The notes beneath the pieces were generated by a model that saw only the letters and a program-made list of their open reading frames with translations, had not been told where the DNA came from and made no database searches. Below, in pieces: positions 8,072 through 16,827 of a stretch of 33,827 nt of DNA (positions are counted from its first letter, which is position 1; each line of letters starts with the position of its first letter). The stretch covers positions 1-33,827 of the forward strand of contig CAZDZI010000004.1 of the NCBI GenBank assembly GCA_964509925.1, in the 5' to 3' direction. The position numbers were made by a program, and so were the translations under genes. Source of the stretch: Candidatus Woesearchaeota archaeon. GTDB taxonomy: Archaea; Nanobdellota; Nanobdellia; Pacearchaeales; GW2011-AR1.

Positions 8072-8713
8072 CTAATTTAGATATGTAACAATAAATAAAT
8101 CTTCCTGAGACATATTTTCCCAAACATAAAGCCCAATCTCTCTTACATCATAAAAATAATTATTAGTTAGTCCGCCATTCTCTTCTAATGAATTAGCAAT
8201 ATAATCTTGTGTAATTTTAAGCATCTCTGGTTTTACTTCTAATCTTACTGATTTATCTTTATTGCTAAATGTTGCTGCAAGTTTATTTGAATCTTGAACA
8301 TTTGAAATAAGACCTCTTCCAAAAGTTGATCCAATTGCAACCATGATTCCGTCATTGAGACAGCTAATTGGGGGTTTTGTTCCAGCTTCACTTAATACAG
8401 AAATTCCATGATTTTCTCCATTAAGAAGATCTTTTGCATATAAAGCCATTTTTGCACCATAAATATTATTTGGACCCATATGCTGATGGAACTTATTTGT
8501 TAAAAGAATTGCTTCAAATTCCTCTGTATTATTACTGTAAATCCTTAAACATAAATCATAAATATCTTTTTCACTAATTTCATCACAAGAATCTAAATCA
8601 AAACCTGAACCATAAATTGTTTGTGTTCTTATTGAAGAATCTTGGTTATTATAGCCAATAACAATTAATACTAAAATTAATAATCCAATAGTAAAAAATA
8701 CTTTTTTATTCAT
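8072..8713 (-). CDS. secreted or membrane-anchored protein with possible FmdE-like domain
   Basis: An N-terminal hydrophobic anchor (FFTIGLLILVLIVIGY) is present. FHQHMGPNNIYGAKMALYAKDLL loosely resembles the FHGHxCPG...G core of the FmdE family. The assignment is weak. Confidence 0.35.
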   Translation of the reverse strand: MNKKVFFTIGLLILVLIVIGYNNQDSSIRTQTIYGSGFDLDSCDEISEKDIYDLCLRIYSNNTEEFEAILLTNKFHQHMGPNNIYGAKMALYAKDLLNGENHGISVLSEAGTKPPISCLNDGIMVAIGSTFGRGLISNVQDSNKLAATFSNKDKSVRLEVKPEMLKITQDYIANSLEENGGLTNNYFYDVREIGLYVWENMSQEDLFIVTYLN

Positions 8714-8829
8714 AGATTTAATAGGGGAAATTTTATATAAAAATCCTTCTAAAACTATTTTTGAATTACATGTAGAATATATCAGTAAAAATGTTGTGGA
8801 GTTGATTGTTTTATTAAAAAACCTATAGG

Positions 8830-8842
8830 AAAGTTTTATAAG
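8830..8842 (+). promoter_or_regulatory. BRE/TATA-like promoter of tRNA-Met
   Basis: aaagttttataag ends about 24 nt upstream of tRNA position 1 (8866). The same AAAG-N-TTWWAWA pattern precedes the other stable RNA genes. Confidence 0.5.
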
Positions 8843-8865
8843 TAATTTTACTTAGGTTTTATTAT

Positions 8866-8939
8866 AGCAGGGTAGAGTAGCGGTTATCTCGCCGGGCCCA
8901 TAACCCGGAGTTCGCGTGGTTCAAGTCCCGTCCCTGCTA
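8866..8939 (+). tRNA. tRNA-Met (anticodon CAU), initiator-like
   Basis: Hand-folded cloverleaf with acceptor AGCAGGG/CCCTGCT (A1:U72) and discriminator A. The anticodon stem CCGGG/CCCGG has three G:C pairs next to the loop CCCAUAA. The T-loop is UUCAAGU. The T-stem needs one bulged U. CCA is not encoded. Confidence 0.75.
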
Positions 8940-8954
8940 TTATTTTCTAAACAC

Positions 8955-8969
8955 AAAAACCTTAAAAGC
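8955..8969 (+). promoter_or_regulatory. BRE/TATA-like promoter of tRNA-Ser
   Basis: aaaaaccttaaaagc ends about 23 nt upstream of tRNA position 1 (8992). Confidence 0.45.
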
Positions 8970-8991
8970 TAAGAACATATCAGAATAATAT

Positions 8992-9072
8992 GCCTCAGTC
9001 GCATAACGGTATTGCACCGGTTTGCTAAATCGGGCCCTTCGGGGCGAGTAGGTTCGACTCCTGCCTGAGGCG
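8992..9072 (+). tRNA. tRNA-Ser (anticodon GCU), type II with long variable arm
   Basis: Hand-folded with acceptor GCCUCAG/CUGAGGC and discriminator G. The anticodon stem is CCGGU/AUCGG with loop UUGCUAA. The variable arm is GCCC-UUCG-GGGC and the T-arm is GUAGG-UUCGACU-CCUGC. Confidence 0.8.
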
Positions 9073-9196
9073 TATTGTCGTCGAACAAGTTCGATAACCC
9101 CAAGGGCCACAAGGACCTGCAAGCAGGCTCCTGCCTGAGGCGTTTGTTTCAACAAACAATGCTATCAAATCCACATAATGATTTGCTTGAGGCGTT
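9058..9196 (+). repeat. direct repeats of the tRNA-Ser 3' end (two perfect 16-mers plus one degenerate copy)
   Basis: ctcctgcctgaggcgt occurs at 9058-9073 (inside the tRNA) and again at 9128-9143. tgcttgaggcgtt at 9184-9196 matches 12 of 13 positions. The spacers carry short palindromes: tcgaacaagttcga, cctgcaagcagg and gtttgtttcaacaaac. Confidence 0.8.
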
Positions 9197-9200
9197 AAAT

Positions 9201-9992
9201 TCACTTAGAAATCTCACTTGTTTTCTTATATTGAATATACATTTTATCTAATAATTCAACTACTTTATCTCTTTCTTCTTTTTTTCCAAGTCCTTTCCAA
9301 TCTAAAACAGCAAAATCAACTTCTTCTTCTGTTCTGGTTATTGCTTGTTTTAACATTTCCTCTGTTAAAGGAAGGGAGTATTGGGGGATTACATGGGCTA
9401 TTGCAATGTTTGAATTCTGTTGTATTTTATTAAAACTAGGACAATAATGAGGTCCTCCGATTCCAATTGCAATTTCATTGTATGGGTTTTCTTTAAAATT
9501 TTCAACTGTTTCTACAATTGTCTTTGCCATAATAAAAGCAGCTCTTCTATCATTCCATTCTGTTTCAGTAGAACCTATTTCCACAAAAGCACATGGTTTG
9601 CTAATTAATGGGCCATGATGAGTGCATTCTAAAGTAATTTTATAATCCTTAAGCTCATATTTTTCAACATTTTCATGAAGTTTTTCAAAGAATTGTTTTT
9701 GAAATAATGCTGAGCCCTTACAAACTTCTCCTGGCTTTCCTCCAAGGTCAGCATCTTTCCAATTTCCAGGAGCATGAATAGAAAGTGTTTTTTCTTTACT
9801 TTTTGAAGAATGTTTTGATGCAAATATAATAAAATCATATTGATTTATTTTATCTAAATTAAGATTTTCCGTATAGATTCCAGATTCCTCAATTAAATGA
9901 AAATCAAAATTTCCATATTGACTAAGAGCAGTAGTCATATTTATTCCAGCCTTGTCTTTCTTTGATGCAATAACAAGATATCTTTTGTACAT
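9201..9992 (-). CDS. dtdA: D-aminoacyl-tRNA deacylase, archaeal DTD2 type
   Basis: IIFASKHSSKSKEKTLSIHAPGNW, LECTHHGP, FVEIGSTETEWND, IGIGGPHY and VLDWKG match the archaeal DTD2 (tRNA_deacylase) family. The start is set at Met20 (MYKRYLVIASKKDKAG). Confidence 0.85.
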   Translation of the reverse strand: MYKRYLVIASKKDKAGINMTTALSQYGNFDFHLIEESGIYTENLNLDKINQYDFIIFASKHSSKSKEKTLSIHAPGNWKDADLGGKPGEVCKGSALFQKQFFEKLHENVEKYELKDYKITLECTHHGPLISKPCAFVEIGSTETEWNDRRAAFIMAKTIVETVENFKENPYNEIAIGIGGPHYCPSFNKIQQNSNIAIAHVIPQYSLPLTEEMLKQAITRTEEEVDFAVLDWKGLGKKEERDKVVELLDKMYIQYKKTSEISK

Positions 9993-10082
9993 AATAAAAC
10001 TATAAAAAGCAGTATTCTTAAATACTATTATGGTAAAAAAATTAAACATAGATTATATTTGTCTTTCAAGGAAATCCAAATT

Positions 10083-10316
10083 ATGCAAGAAATACTGAAA
10101 ATTATTATAGGCATTGGGGTATTAGTGTTAGGTTTTCCTATTGGAAACTTTTTAGCTAAAATAACAAAGGATGAAAAAAAGCAAGGAAGATTTTGGTTTA
10201 GATTAATTTCAATAGTCTCATTAATAGGAGGATTTGCTGCTTTAATTCTTAGAAATGATATTTTATTATTTTCCTTCTTTTTTATTGCAATTGTGACTTC
10301 TAGAAACTTAAAATGA
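10083..10316 (+). CDS. small membrane protein (2-3 TM), hypothetical
   Basis: ATG at 10083 (the tracked ORF starts at TTG 10059). Hydrophobic segments are present. Its stop overlaps the next start (ATGA at 10313-10316). Confidence 0.45.
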   Translation: MQEILKIIIGIGVLVLGFPIGNFLAKITKDEKKQGRFWFRLISIVSLIGGFAALILRNDILLFSFFFIAIVTSRNLK

Positions 10317-10603
10317 TAAGAGAAAACCCTGAATATGTTGAAGAGGATATTTCTCCAGAAGATAAAAAATTTTATGTTCCTAGAGAAAAAAGAAAAAAGA
10401 AATATTCTGGAAGAAGAGCAATGGGCAGATTAATTGGAGATAGTCCAAGAGGAGTAAATACTAAAAAAAGATGGATTTTGGCTAGATTAGACGACCCTAT
10501 TGATTTAGTTAGAGAATTAAAAGGGTTAAGACTTTCAGAGATATATCGTGCTCTTGATGTAGGACAAAACTACCCAGAAGGACTAGAATTTTTCTATAGA
10601 TAA
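10313..10603 (+). CDS. hypothetical basic protein
   Basis: 96-aa ORF whose start overlaps the upstream gene's stop, suggesting translational coupling. It has a Lys/Arg-rich centre (REKRKKKYSGRRAMGR). I recognise no family. Confidence 0.45.
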   Translation: MIRENPEYVEEDISPEDKKFYVPREKRKKKYSGRRAMGRLIGDSPRGVNTKKRWILARLDDPIDLVRELKGLRLSEIYRALDVGQNYPEGLEFFYR

Positions 10604-10683
10604 CTTTATATATCAAAAATATTGTGAATTTTTATGAAAGACTATGTCGAAACCCTAATAAAGGTATGGGAGTATCATTAAAT

Positions 10684-11400
10684 ATGTTATATATAATAGG
10701 TTTAGGTTTGAATGTTGATGGAATATCAAAATATGGTTTAGAAATAGTTAAAAGATGTAAAAAGGTTTATCTGGAGGATTATACTATTGACCTTCCTTAT
10801 ACTATGGAAGAACTAGCACATATTATTGATAAAAAAATTCTTCCTGCAAATAGAGAACTAGTTGAAGGCTTATCAATAGTTGACGAAGCTACTAAAAAAG
10901 ATGTTGCGTTATTAGTTTATGGAAGTCCATTAACTGCCACAACTCATATTACTTTAATTCAAGAAGCTAAAAGATTAGGAATTAAATATAGGGTTCTTTA
11001 CAATGCTTCTGTTTTAGATGCTGTTGCTGAATCTGGCTTGCAATTATATAAATTTGGTAAGGTAGCTTCTATGCCTGCATGGAAACCCTCTTACACTCCA
11101 GATAGTTTTATGGACATTGTTAAAGAAAATATGTCAATTAAAGCTCATTCATTGATTCTTATTGATCCTGGATTAGATTTTCAAGACGCATTAGACCAAT
11201 TAGAAAAATCTGCTGAGAAACACAATATTAAATTAAAGAGTTTATTAGTTTGTCAAAGAGCTGGAGGAAAAAGAAGAAAATTCTTATATAGATTTATTGA
11301 AGAACTTAGAACCTTTGAAGGAGTTCAACATCCTTATTGTATAATTATTCCTAGTAAATTACACTTTGTAGAAAAGGAAGTATTAGAAGAATTTAGGTAA
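10684..11400 (+). CDS. dph5: diphthine synthase (Dph5/DphB)
   Basis: From Met21, MLYIIGLGL...YLEDYT...LLVYGSPLTATTH...LYKFGK...PYCIIIPSKLHFVE aligns with archaeal diphthine synthases (MxLYFIGLGL...). An alternative in-frame start exists at 10666. Confidence 0.85.
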   Translation: MLYIIGLGLNVDGISKYGLEIVKRCKKVYLEDYTIDLPYTMEELAHIIDKKILPANRELVEGLSIVDEATKKDVALLVYGSPLTATTHITLIQEAKRLGIKYRVLYNASVLDAVAESGLQLYKFGKVASMPAWKPSYTPDSFMDIVKENMSIKAHSLILIDPGLDFQDALDQLEKSAEKHNIKLKSLLVCQRAGGKRRKFLYRFIEELRTFEGVQHPYCIIIPSKLHFVEKEVLEEFR

Positions 11401-11594
11401 ACTTTAAAAATAAAAAAATCTTATATTAAATATGGCTGTAGATAATTTATTCATAGGGAAGGTTGTCTCAGCCAAAATAATCAATCCTATCATTTCTATT
11501 ATTATTAAATAAAGCAAGCTCTATTTGGGTTTGCAACATTAACTTATAGAGGGAAATAGGATAAACTTAAAAATAAGATTGCCTAAACAAAAAT

Positions 11595-14411
11595 ATGTAT
11601 GACTTTAAAAAAGTAGAAGAAGAATCAAGAAAGATTTGGAAGAAATATAAGAAAGAGATAGATAAGGCAATACATCTTGAAAAGGGAAAACCTTTATTTT
11701 CATTTTTGGAGGGACCTCCTACTGCTAATGCTCCACCTGGATTACATCATTTAGAAGCTAGAACATTCAAAGATATTATATGTAAATTCAAATATATGCA
11801 AGGTTTTACTGTTCCAAGAAAAGGTGGATGGGATTGCCATGGATTACCTGTAGAAGTTCAGATTGAAAAAAAGCTTGGATTAAAAGATAAAAAAGGTATA
11901 GTTGAACATGGTGTGGATAAATTTATTCATGAATGTAGGTGTAGTGTTTTCTCTAATATTAAAGACTGGAATAAATCAACTGAAGAATTAAATTATTGGG
12001 TTGACTTAAAAAAACCTTACATAACTTTAGAAAATGATTATGTTGAAAGTGTATGGTGGAGTCTTAGTGAACTATACAAGAAGAAAATGTTATATGAAGG
12101 ATATAAGGTCGTTCCTTTTTGTCCAAGATGTGGAACTCCGTTATCAAGTCATGAAGTTGCTCAAGGATATAAAGATGTTACAGAAGATTCTGTTTATGTT
12201 GCATTTAAACTTAAAGATAAGAAAGGGGAGTATGTTTTAGCTTGGACAACAACTCCTTGGACTCTTCCTGGAAATGTTGCTTTAGCTGTTGGAGATAAAA
12301 TAGATTATGTTCAAGTAGAACTTCCAGATGGAGATAAACTAATTATTGGAAAAGATAGGTTAAAGGTTCTTAGTGGAAAATATAAGATTGTTAAGAAACT
12401 AAAAGGAAAAGATTTAGTTGGTTTGAAATATGAACCCCTATATGATGTTAAAGAAACTCAAAATGAAAACTCTCATCAAATTATCTCTGCTGATTTTGTA
12501 ACAACAGAAGATGGTACTGGGATTGTCCATACTGCTGTTATGTATGGTGAAGAAGATTATAATGTTGGTATGAAAATTGGTTTACCAGCTGTGCACACTG
12601 TTGGACAAGATGGAAAATTCTTAGATATTGCTCCTGAATTTTTAAGAGGAAGGTTTGTTAAATCAGCTGAAAAAGATATTATTGCTGACTTAAAGAAAAG
12701 ACATTTATTAATTAAGACTGAAAAGACAACACACACATATCCTTTTTGCTGGAGATGTAATACTCCATTGCTATATTATGCTATTAATTCTTGGTTTATT
12801 GGAGTTAGTAAGCATAGAGATAAATTATTGAAATTAAATAAAGAAATAAATTGGATTCCTTCTCATATTAAAGATGGAAGATTTGGTAAATGGTTAGAAG
12901 GTGCAAAAGATTGGGCATTATCTAGATTTAAATTCTGGGGAACACCTCTTCCAATTTGGAAATGTTCTTGTGGAAAAGAAAAAGCAATTGGGAGTATTGA
13001 AGAGTTAAAGAAAGAAGCTTCTAAGATGCCTAAAGGTAAGATTGACTTACATAAACCATTTGTAGATAAAGTTAAACTAAAATGTTCTTGTGGAAAAGAC
13101 ATGGAGAGAGTTTCAGATGTTATTGATTGTTGGTATGATTCTGGAAGTGCACCATTTGCACAGTTTCATTATCCTTTTGAAAATAAAAAAGAGTTTGAAC
13201 AAAGATTCCCTTATGATTTTATTGCAGAAGGAGTAGATCAAACAAGAGGATGGTTCTATACATTACATGTTTTAGGAGCTTTGTTATTTGATAAACCAGC
13301 GTATAAGAATGTTATTTCTATGGGACATGTTGTAGATAATAAAGGAGAAAAGATGTCTAAAACTAAAGGAAATATAATTAAGCCAAGAGAAATCTTAGAC
13401 CAAGCAGGTGTAGATGCAGTAAGATTGCAATTCTGCACAGTAGATGTTGGAAATTCTAAAAGATTTTCATTTGATTTAATGAAAGAATTAGTTATTCCAT
13501 TCTTAACTGTATTATTTAATTCAAAAAAATATTATGAACAATTAGATAAAAAGAAAAACAAGCCAAAAGTTGAAGACAAATGGATTTTAAGTAAATTAAA
13601 TACTTTAATCCAGAATGTTACAAAAGATTTAGAAAATTACAACTTAGATGAGCCATTTCAAAAGATTGCTGATTTTGTAATTAAAGATTTCTCTAGAGGA
13701 TATATTAAAATGACAAGAGACAGAGATGATACTAAAGAAATTCTTGGAGAAGTTTTAGAAAAGGTTTCATTATTGCTTGCTCCGTTTGCTCCATATATCT
13801 CAGAACATGTTTATCAAATATTTTCAAAAGATTCTGTTCATTTAAGTTCATGGCCAAAAGAAAATAAGAAAAAAATTGATAATAATCTGGAAGTTAGATT
13901 TGAAAACAATCTTAAAATAATTGAAAGAGGATTGTTTGAAAGAGACAAAGCACAGATTGGATTAAAATGGCCATTAGCGAAAGTTATAATTTACATCAAA
14001 GGGAAAGAAAATTATTCTGAGTTTGAAGAGATAATTAAAACACAACTAAATGTAAAAGAAGTTGAATTTAAATCTCCTGCATCAAAAGATACAGAATTTG
14101 ATTTAGAGTTTGACACAAAAATGACTCCTGAGCTAGAGGCTGAGGGCTATGCAAGAAATATTATTAGAAGTGTTCAGGCATTTAGAAAAAAACTTGGATT
14201 AAAGCAAGGAGAAGAAGTTGAGACCATGCTAATTGTCGAAGAGAAACTTAAGGAAATGTTAGAGAAACATAAAAACACCGTCGCTGAAAAAACAAACTCA
14301 AAAAAATTAAATGTTGTCACTGAGAGCAAGGAAACATTTAAAAGTAAGACTGACTTTAAAATTAAAGAGATGGAAGGGGAGATTGCGATTATCCTTAAAA
14401 ATAATCACTGA
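11595..14411 (+). CDS. ileS: isoleucyl-tRNA synthetase
   Basis: Class I motifs are PPGLHHLEAR (HIGH-like), GWDCHGLPVE, the editing-domain TTTPWTLPGN, CWRCNTPLLYYAINSWF and KMSKTKGN (KMSKS). At 938 aa it is somewhat shorter than the archaeal IleRS lengths I recall. Confidence 0.85.
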   Translation: MYDFKKVEEESRKIWKKYKKEIDKAIHLEKGKPLFSFLEGPPTANAPPGLHHLEARTFKDIICKFKYMQGFTVPRKGGWDCHGLPVEVQIEKKLGLKDKKGIVEHGVDKFIHECRCSVFSNIKDWNKSTEELNYWVDLKKPYITLENDYVESVWWSLSELYKKKMLYEGYKVVPFCPRCGTPLSSHEVAQGYKDVTEDSVYVAFKLKDKKGEYVLAWTTTPWTLPGNVALAVGDKIDYVQVELPDGDKLIIGKDRLKVLSGKYKIVKKLKGKDLVGLKYEPLYDVKETQNENSHQIISADFVTTEDGTGIVHTAVMYGEEDYNVGMKIGLPAVHTVGQDGKFLDIAPEFLRGRFVKSAEKDIIADLKKRHLLIKTEKTTHTYPFCWRCNTPLLYYAINSWFIGVSKHRDKLLKLNKEINWIPSHIKDGRFGKWLEGAKDWALSRFKFWGTPLPIWKCSCGKEKAIGSIEELKKEASKMPKGKIDLHKPFVDKVKLKCSCGKDMERVSDVIDCWYDSGSAPFAQFHYPFENKKEFEQRFPYDFIAEGVDQTRGWFYTLHVLGALLFDKPAYKNVISMGHVVDNKGEKMSKTKGNIIKPREILDQAGVDAVRLQFCTVDVGNSKRFSFDLMKELVIPFLTVLFNSKKYYEQLDKKKNKPKVEDKWILSKLNTLIQNVTKDLENYNLDEPFQKIADFVIKDFSRGYIKMTRDRDDTKEILGEVLEKVSLLLAPFAPYISEHVYQIFSKDSVHLSSWPKENKKKIDNNLEVRFENNLKIIERGLFERDKAQIGLKWPLAKVIIYIKGKENYSEFEEIIKTQLNVKEVEFKSPASKDTEFDLEFDTKMTPELEAEGYARNIIRSVQAFRKKLGLKQGEEVETMLIVEEKLKEMLEKHKNTVAEKTNSKKLNVVTESKETFKSKTDFKIKEMEGEIAIILKNNH

Positions 14412-14479
14412 ACGGTAATCCTATCAGTTCACTCCTTTAATATAATAATCTTTAAAAAGAGAGGTTAACTAAAAATAAC

Positions 14480-15286
14480 ATGATAGTAAAAGAAGAATTT
14501 TTAAGTAGGTTAAGAAAAATTTTCGATTTAAACTTGTACGAGGTTAAAGTATGGACTGCACTTTTATCTCGAGGGACTTCTACTGCTGGAGAATTAAGTA
14601 ATATTTCTGATGTTCCTAGATCTAGAACATATGATATTCTTGAAAGTTTAGAGAAAAAAGGCTTTATTGTTATGAGATTAGGTAAGCCAATCAAATTTGT
14701 TGCTCTAAAACCAGAAGAAGTTGTTGAAAGAGTTAAGAAAAATTTATTAAAAAATGCTCAAGAAAAATCAAAGAGACTTGAAAAATTAAAAGGAGATGAA
14801 GTTCTCGGAGAACTTTCTACATTATTTACTCAAGGAATTAAGTTTGTTGAACCTGGTGATTTAAGTGGAAGCTTAAAGGGAAGGCAAAATTTATACAACC
14901 ATATAGATATGATGGTTAGAGATGCTGAGAAATCAATTACTATTATTACAACAGCTGAAGGGATGAATAGAAAACTTGAAGCATTACTTCCGAGTCTTGC
15001 TAAAGTTAAAAAAAGAGGGGTAGTGATTAGAATTGCTGCTCCAATTGATAAAAATAATCTTAAAATTGCAAAAGAGTTTAAGAAAGTTGCAGAAGTTAGA
15101 AACCTTCAAAAAATAAAAGCTAGATTTGTTATTATTGATGGAAAACAAATAATGTTTATGCTTTTAGATGATGAGAAATTCCATCCAAATTATGATTTAG
15201 GTGTTTGGATTAATACAGAATTTTTTGCTCAAGCTCTTGAACAATTATTTGAATTAGCTTGGAAAGAAATGAAAGCAGTAAAATAA
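14480..15286 (+). CDS. TrmB-family transcriptional regulator
   Basis: The N-terminal wHTH LNLYEVKVWTALLSRGTSTAGELSNISDVPRSRTYDILESLEKKGFI is characteristic of TrmB. A C-terminal TrmB_C-like domain gives a total length of 268 aa. Confidence 0.8.
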   Translation: MIVKEEFLSRLRKIFDLNLYEVKVWTALLSRGTSTAGELSNISDVPRSRTYDILESLEKKGFIVMRLGKPIKFVALKPEEVVERVKKNLLKNAQEKSKRLEKLKGDEVLGELSTLFTQGIKFVEPGDLSGSLKGRQNLYNHIDMMVRDAEKSITIITTAEGMNRKLEALLPSLAKVKKRGVVIRIAAPIDKNNLKIAKEFKKVAEVRNLQKIKARFVIIDGKQIMFMLLDDEKFHPNYDLGVWINTEFFAQALEQLFELAWKEMKAVK

Positions 15287-15287
15287 A

Positions 15288-15482
15288 ATGGTTAAGAAGA
15301 AGAAAGAACCTAATTATGCTTTTTGGTATATTTTATCTGTTGTTGTTGCATTAATTACTCATTATTTTCTATTATCCAAAACAGACTTACATCCAACTCT
15401 ACAAGTTTTTATTGCCTTTTTATTCTTTGCCGCGTTTATGGGCTTTAGCATATTATTATTGGAAAAAAGGGGGAATAAATAA
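15288..15482 (+). CDS. small membrane protein (2 TM), hypothetical
   Basis: 64-aa ORF starting 2 nt after the TrmB stop, with two hydrophobic helices. It shares a TAATG overlap with the next ORF. Confidence 0.4.
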   Translation: MVKKKKEPNYAFWYILSVVVALITHYFLLSKTDLHPTLQVFIAFLFFAAFMGFSILLLEKRGNK

Positions 15483-15688
15483 TGTTAAAGAAAACTGATA
15501 GATATATGAAGAAAATAAATAAATGGGATGTCTGGTTTATTAAAACTGGGAGTGCTGCATTTATTTTATTTTTAATTACTGCTTGTCCTGCTGCAATGGA
15601 ATTAGTGAGTAGAATTCATTGGGGATGGTTCTTAGCTGCTACAATTTTGTTGATGATAAGACCTTTTTCAAAATGGCTAAAAGCTTAA
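15482..15688 (+). CDS. small membrane protein (2 TM), hypothetical
   Basis: 68-aa ORF coupled to the upstream ORF, with two hydrophobic helices. Confidence 0.4.
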   Translation: MLKKTDRYMKKINKWDVWFIKTGSAAFILFLITACPAAMELVSRIHWGWFLAATILLMIRPFSKWLKA

Positions 15689-16515
15689 TTATAAACTTCT
15701 TTAATTTCTTTTAATGTTTTTGCTTTATAAATTTTAAGACGATTTTTTTTAGCTTGTTCTTTACCTTTTGTAAAGTTCATTGCTTGTAATTTTATTTGTC
15801 TAAAGTATAAAGTATACTTATTTAGTAACTTAAGGTAATCTTTGAAAGTTATATTTGATTTTTTCTTTGTTAATTTTGAAAAGATATTTGGATTTCCTAT
15901 TGCTTTTCTTCCAATCATTACAAAATCAAACTTCTTTAATAAAGAATTTGCATTTTTTTCATCAACATCTCCTGAATAGATTACTGGTAACTTAGTACTT
16001 TTTTTTAATTTCTCTGCAAATTTAATATCTGGAACTCCTGAATAACCTTGGGATTGTGTTCTTGGATGGATGGTTATTGCATCACAATATTTTTCTGCTA
16101 ATTTTAATATATCAAAAGCTATATCTGATTTTCTTATCTTGACTGTTACTGGTTTTTTAGTTGATTCTTTTATTGTCTTTAGAATCTTTTCTATTTTTGT
16201 TAAATCCTTAAGAAAACACCCAAAGCCATGTTTTCTTGCTGTTTTTGCTGGACAACCAAGATTAAAATCCCACAATGAAACTTTTTTATCATATTTTTTA
16301 ATAAAAGCTTTTATTCCTTTTTCACTAGTAGAGAATAATTGTAAAGCTGGTTTATCATCTAAATATAATTTTTGCTTTGATTGAGGGTGAATCATTGGAG
16401 AATAAGTTAATCCTGCCCCTGCCTTTTTACAGAGTAATCTAAAGACAATGTCATTTATCCCTTCCATAGGAGATAAGAAAAATCTATTTTTGAGTTTTAA
16501 ATTTTTAATTTTCAT
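15685..16515 (-). CDS. dus: tRNA-dihydrouridine synthase (Dus family)
   Basis: FFLSPMEGINDIVFRLLCKKAGAGLTYSPM, FNLGCPA (catalytic Cys region), ITIHPRT and VMIGR are Dus/TIM-barrel flavoenzyme signatures. Confidence 0.8.
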   Translation of the reverse strand: MKIKNLKLKNRFFLSPMEGINDIVFRLLCKKAGAGLTYSPMIHPQSKQKLYLDDKPALQLFSTSEKGIKAFIKKYDKKVSLWDFNLGCPAKTARKHGFGCFLKDLTKIEKILKTIKESTKKPVTVKIRKSDIAFDILKLAEKYCDAITIHPRTQSQGYSGVPDIKFAEKLKKSTKLPVIYSGDVDEKNANSLLKKFDFVMIGRKAIGNPNIFSKLTKKKSNITFKDYLKLLNKYTLYFRQIKLQAMNFTKGKEQAKKNRLKIYKAKTLKEIKEVYN

Positions 16516-16590
16516 TTTTTAGTGCTCTGCTCCACAAACAAAATAAAAAAAAGAAGTTTAAAAATATAAATAAAATAAAAAAATTAGGTT

Positions 16591-16827
16591 TTATTTGAAT
16601 TTATTGATTAATACAAAAATTGCTCCTAACAATGTTGTAAAAACAACAATCCAACCTGCTGTTTGAGTAACGCCTAACCCTGCTTGTGTTGCTCCTCCAA
16701 GCCATTCTGGAAGCATTAATACTTTTTCTGTTAAAGCAAATCCAACTGATAAAGATACTATAACTCCTGTAAGCCAAGCAACAAATGAAACAAACTTTCC
16801 TAGTGCGCCTTCTTTTTTCTTTGCCAT
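16591..16827 (-). CDS. small membrane protein, hypothetical
   Basis: 78 aa with two TM helices. A strong Shine-Dalgarno sequence (AAGGAGGAAAATAATG on the coding strand) precedes it. Confidence 0.5.
   Translation of the reverse strand: MAKKKEGALGKFVSFVAWLTGVIVSLSVGFALTEKVLMLPEWLGGATQAGLGVTQTAGWIVVFTTLLGAIFVLINKFK

Noticed and set aside
9074-9144. A split-tRNA 3' half gene (Nanoarchaeum-style) or a second tRNA downstream of tRNA-Ser.
   Set aside because: The duplicated segment covers only the last ~16 nt (the end of the T-arm plus the acceptor 3' strand). There is no anticodon-proximal sequence, no intact T-loop and no upstream promoter box, so it cannot encode a functional half.
8940-9155. 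71-aa minus-strand ORF spanning the tRNA-Ser region.
   Set aside because: It is the reverse-complement reading of a tRNA gene and its repeated 3' ends. The GC-rich tRNA sequence simply lacks stop codons.
8940-9200. Calling an integrated mobile element or provirus at the tRNA-Ser repeats.
   Set aside because: The intervals between repeats are only tens of nucleotides, and no integrase, transposase or viral gene occurs anywhere in the window. Only the repeats themselves are reported.
11401-11594. The 194-nt gap upstream of ileS, considered as a regulatory leader. It contains a 26-codon ORF (MAVDNLFIGKVVSAKIINPIISIIIK) and a GGCTG...CAGCC pairing.
   Set aside because: T-box-type leaders are bacterial. 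The stem is only 5 bp with a ~30-nt loop, and the mini-ORF has no SD or conserved features. The support is too weak to report.
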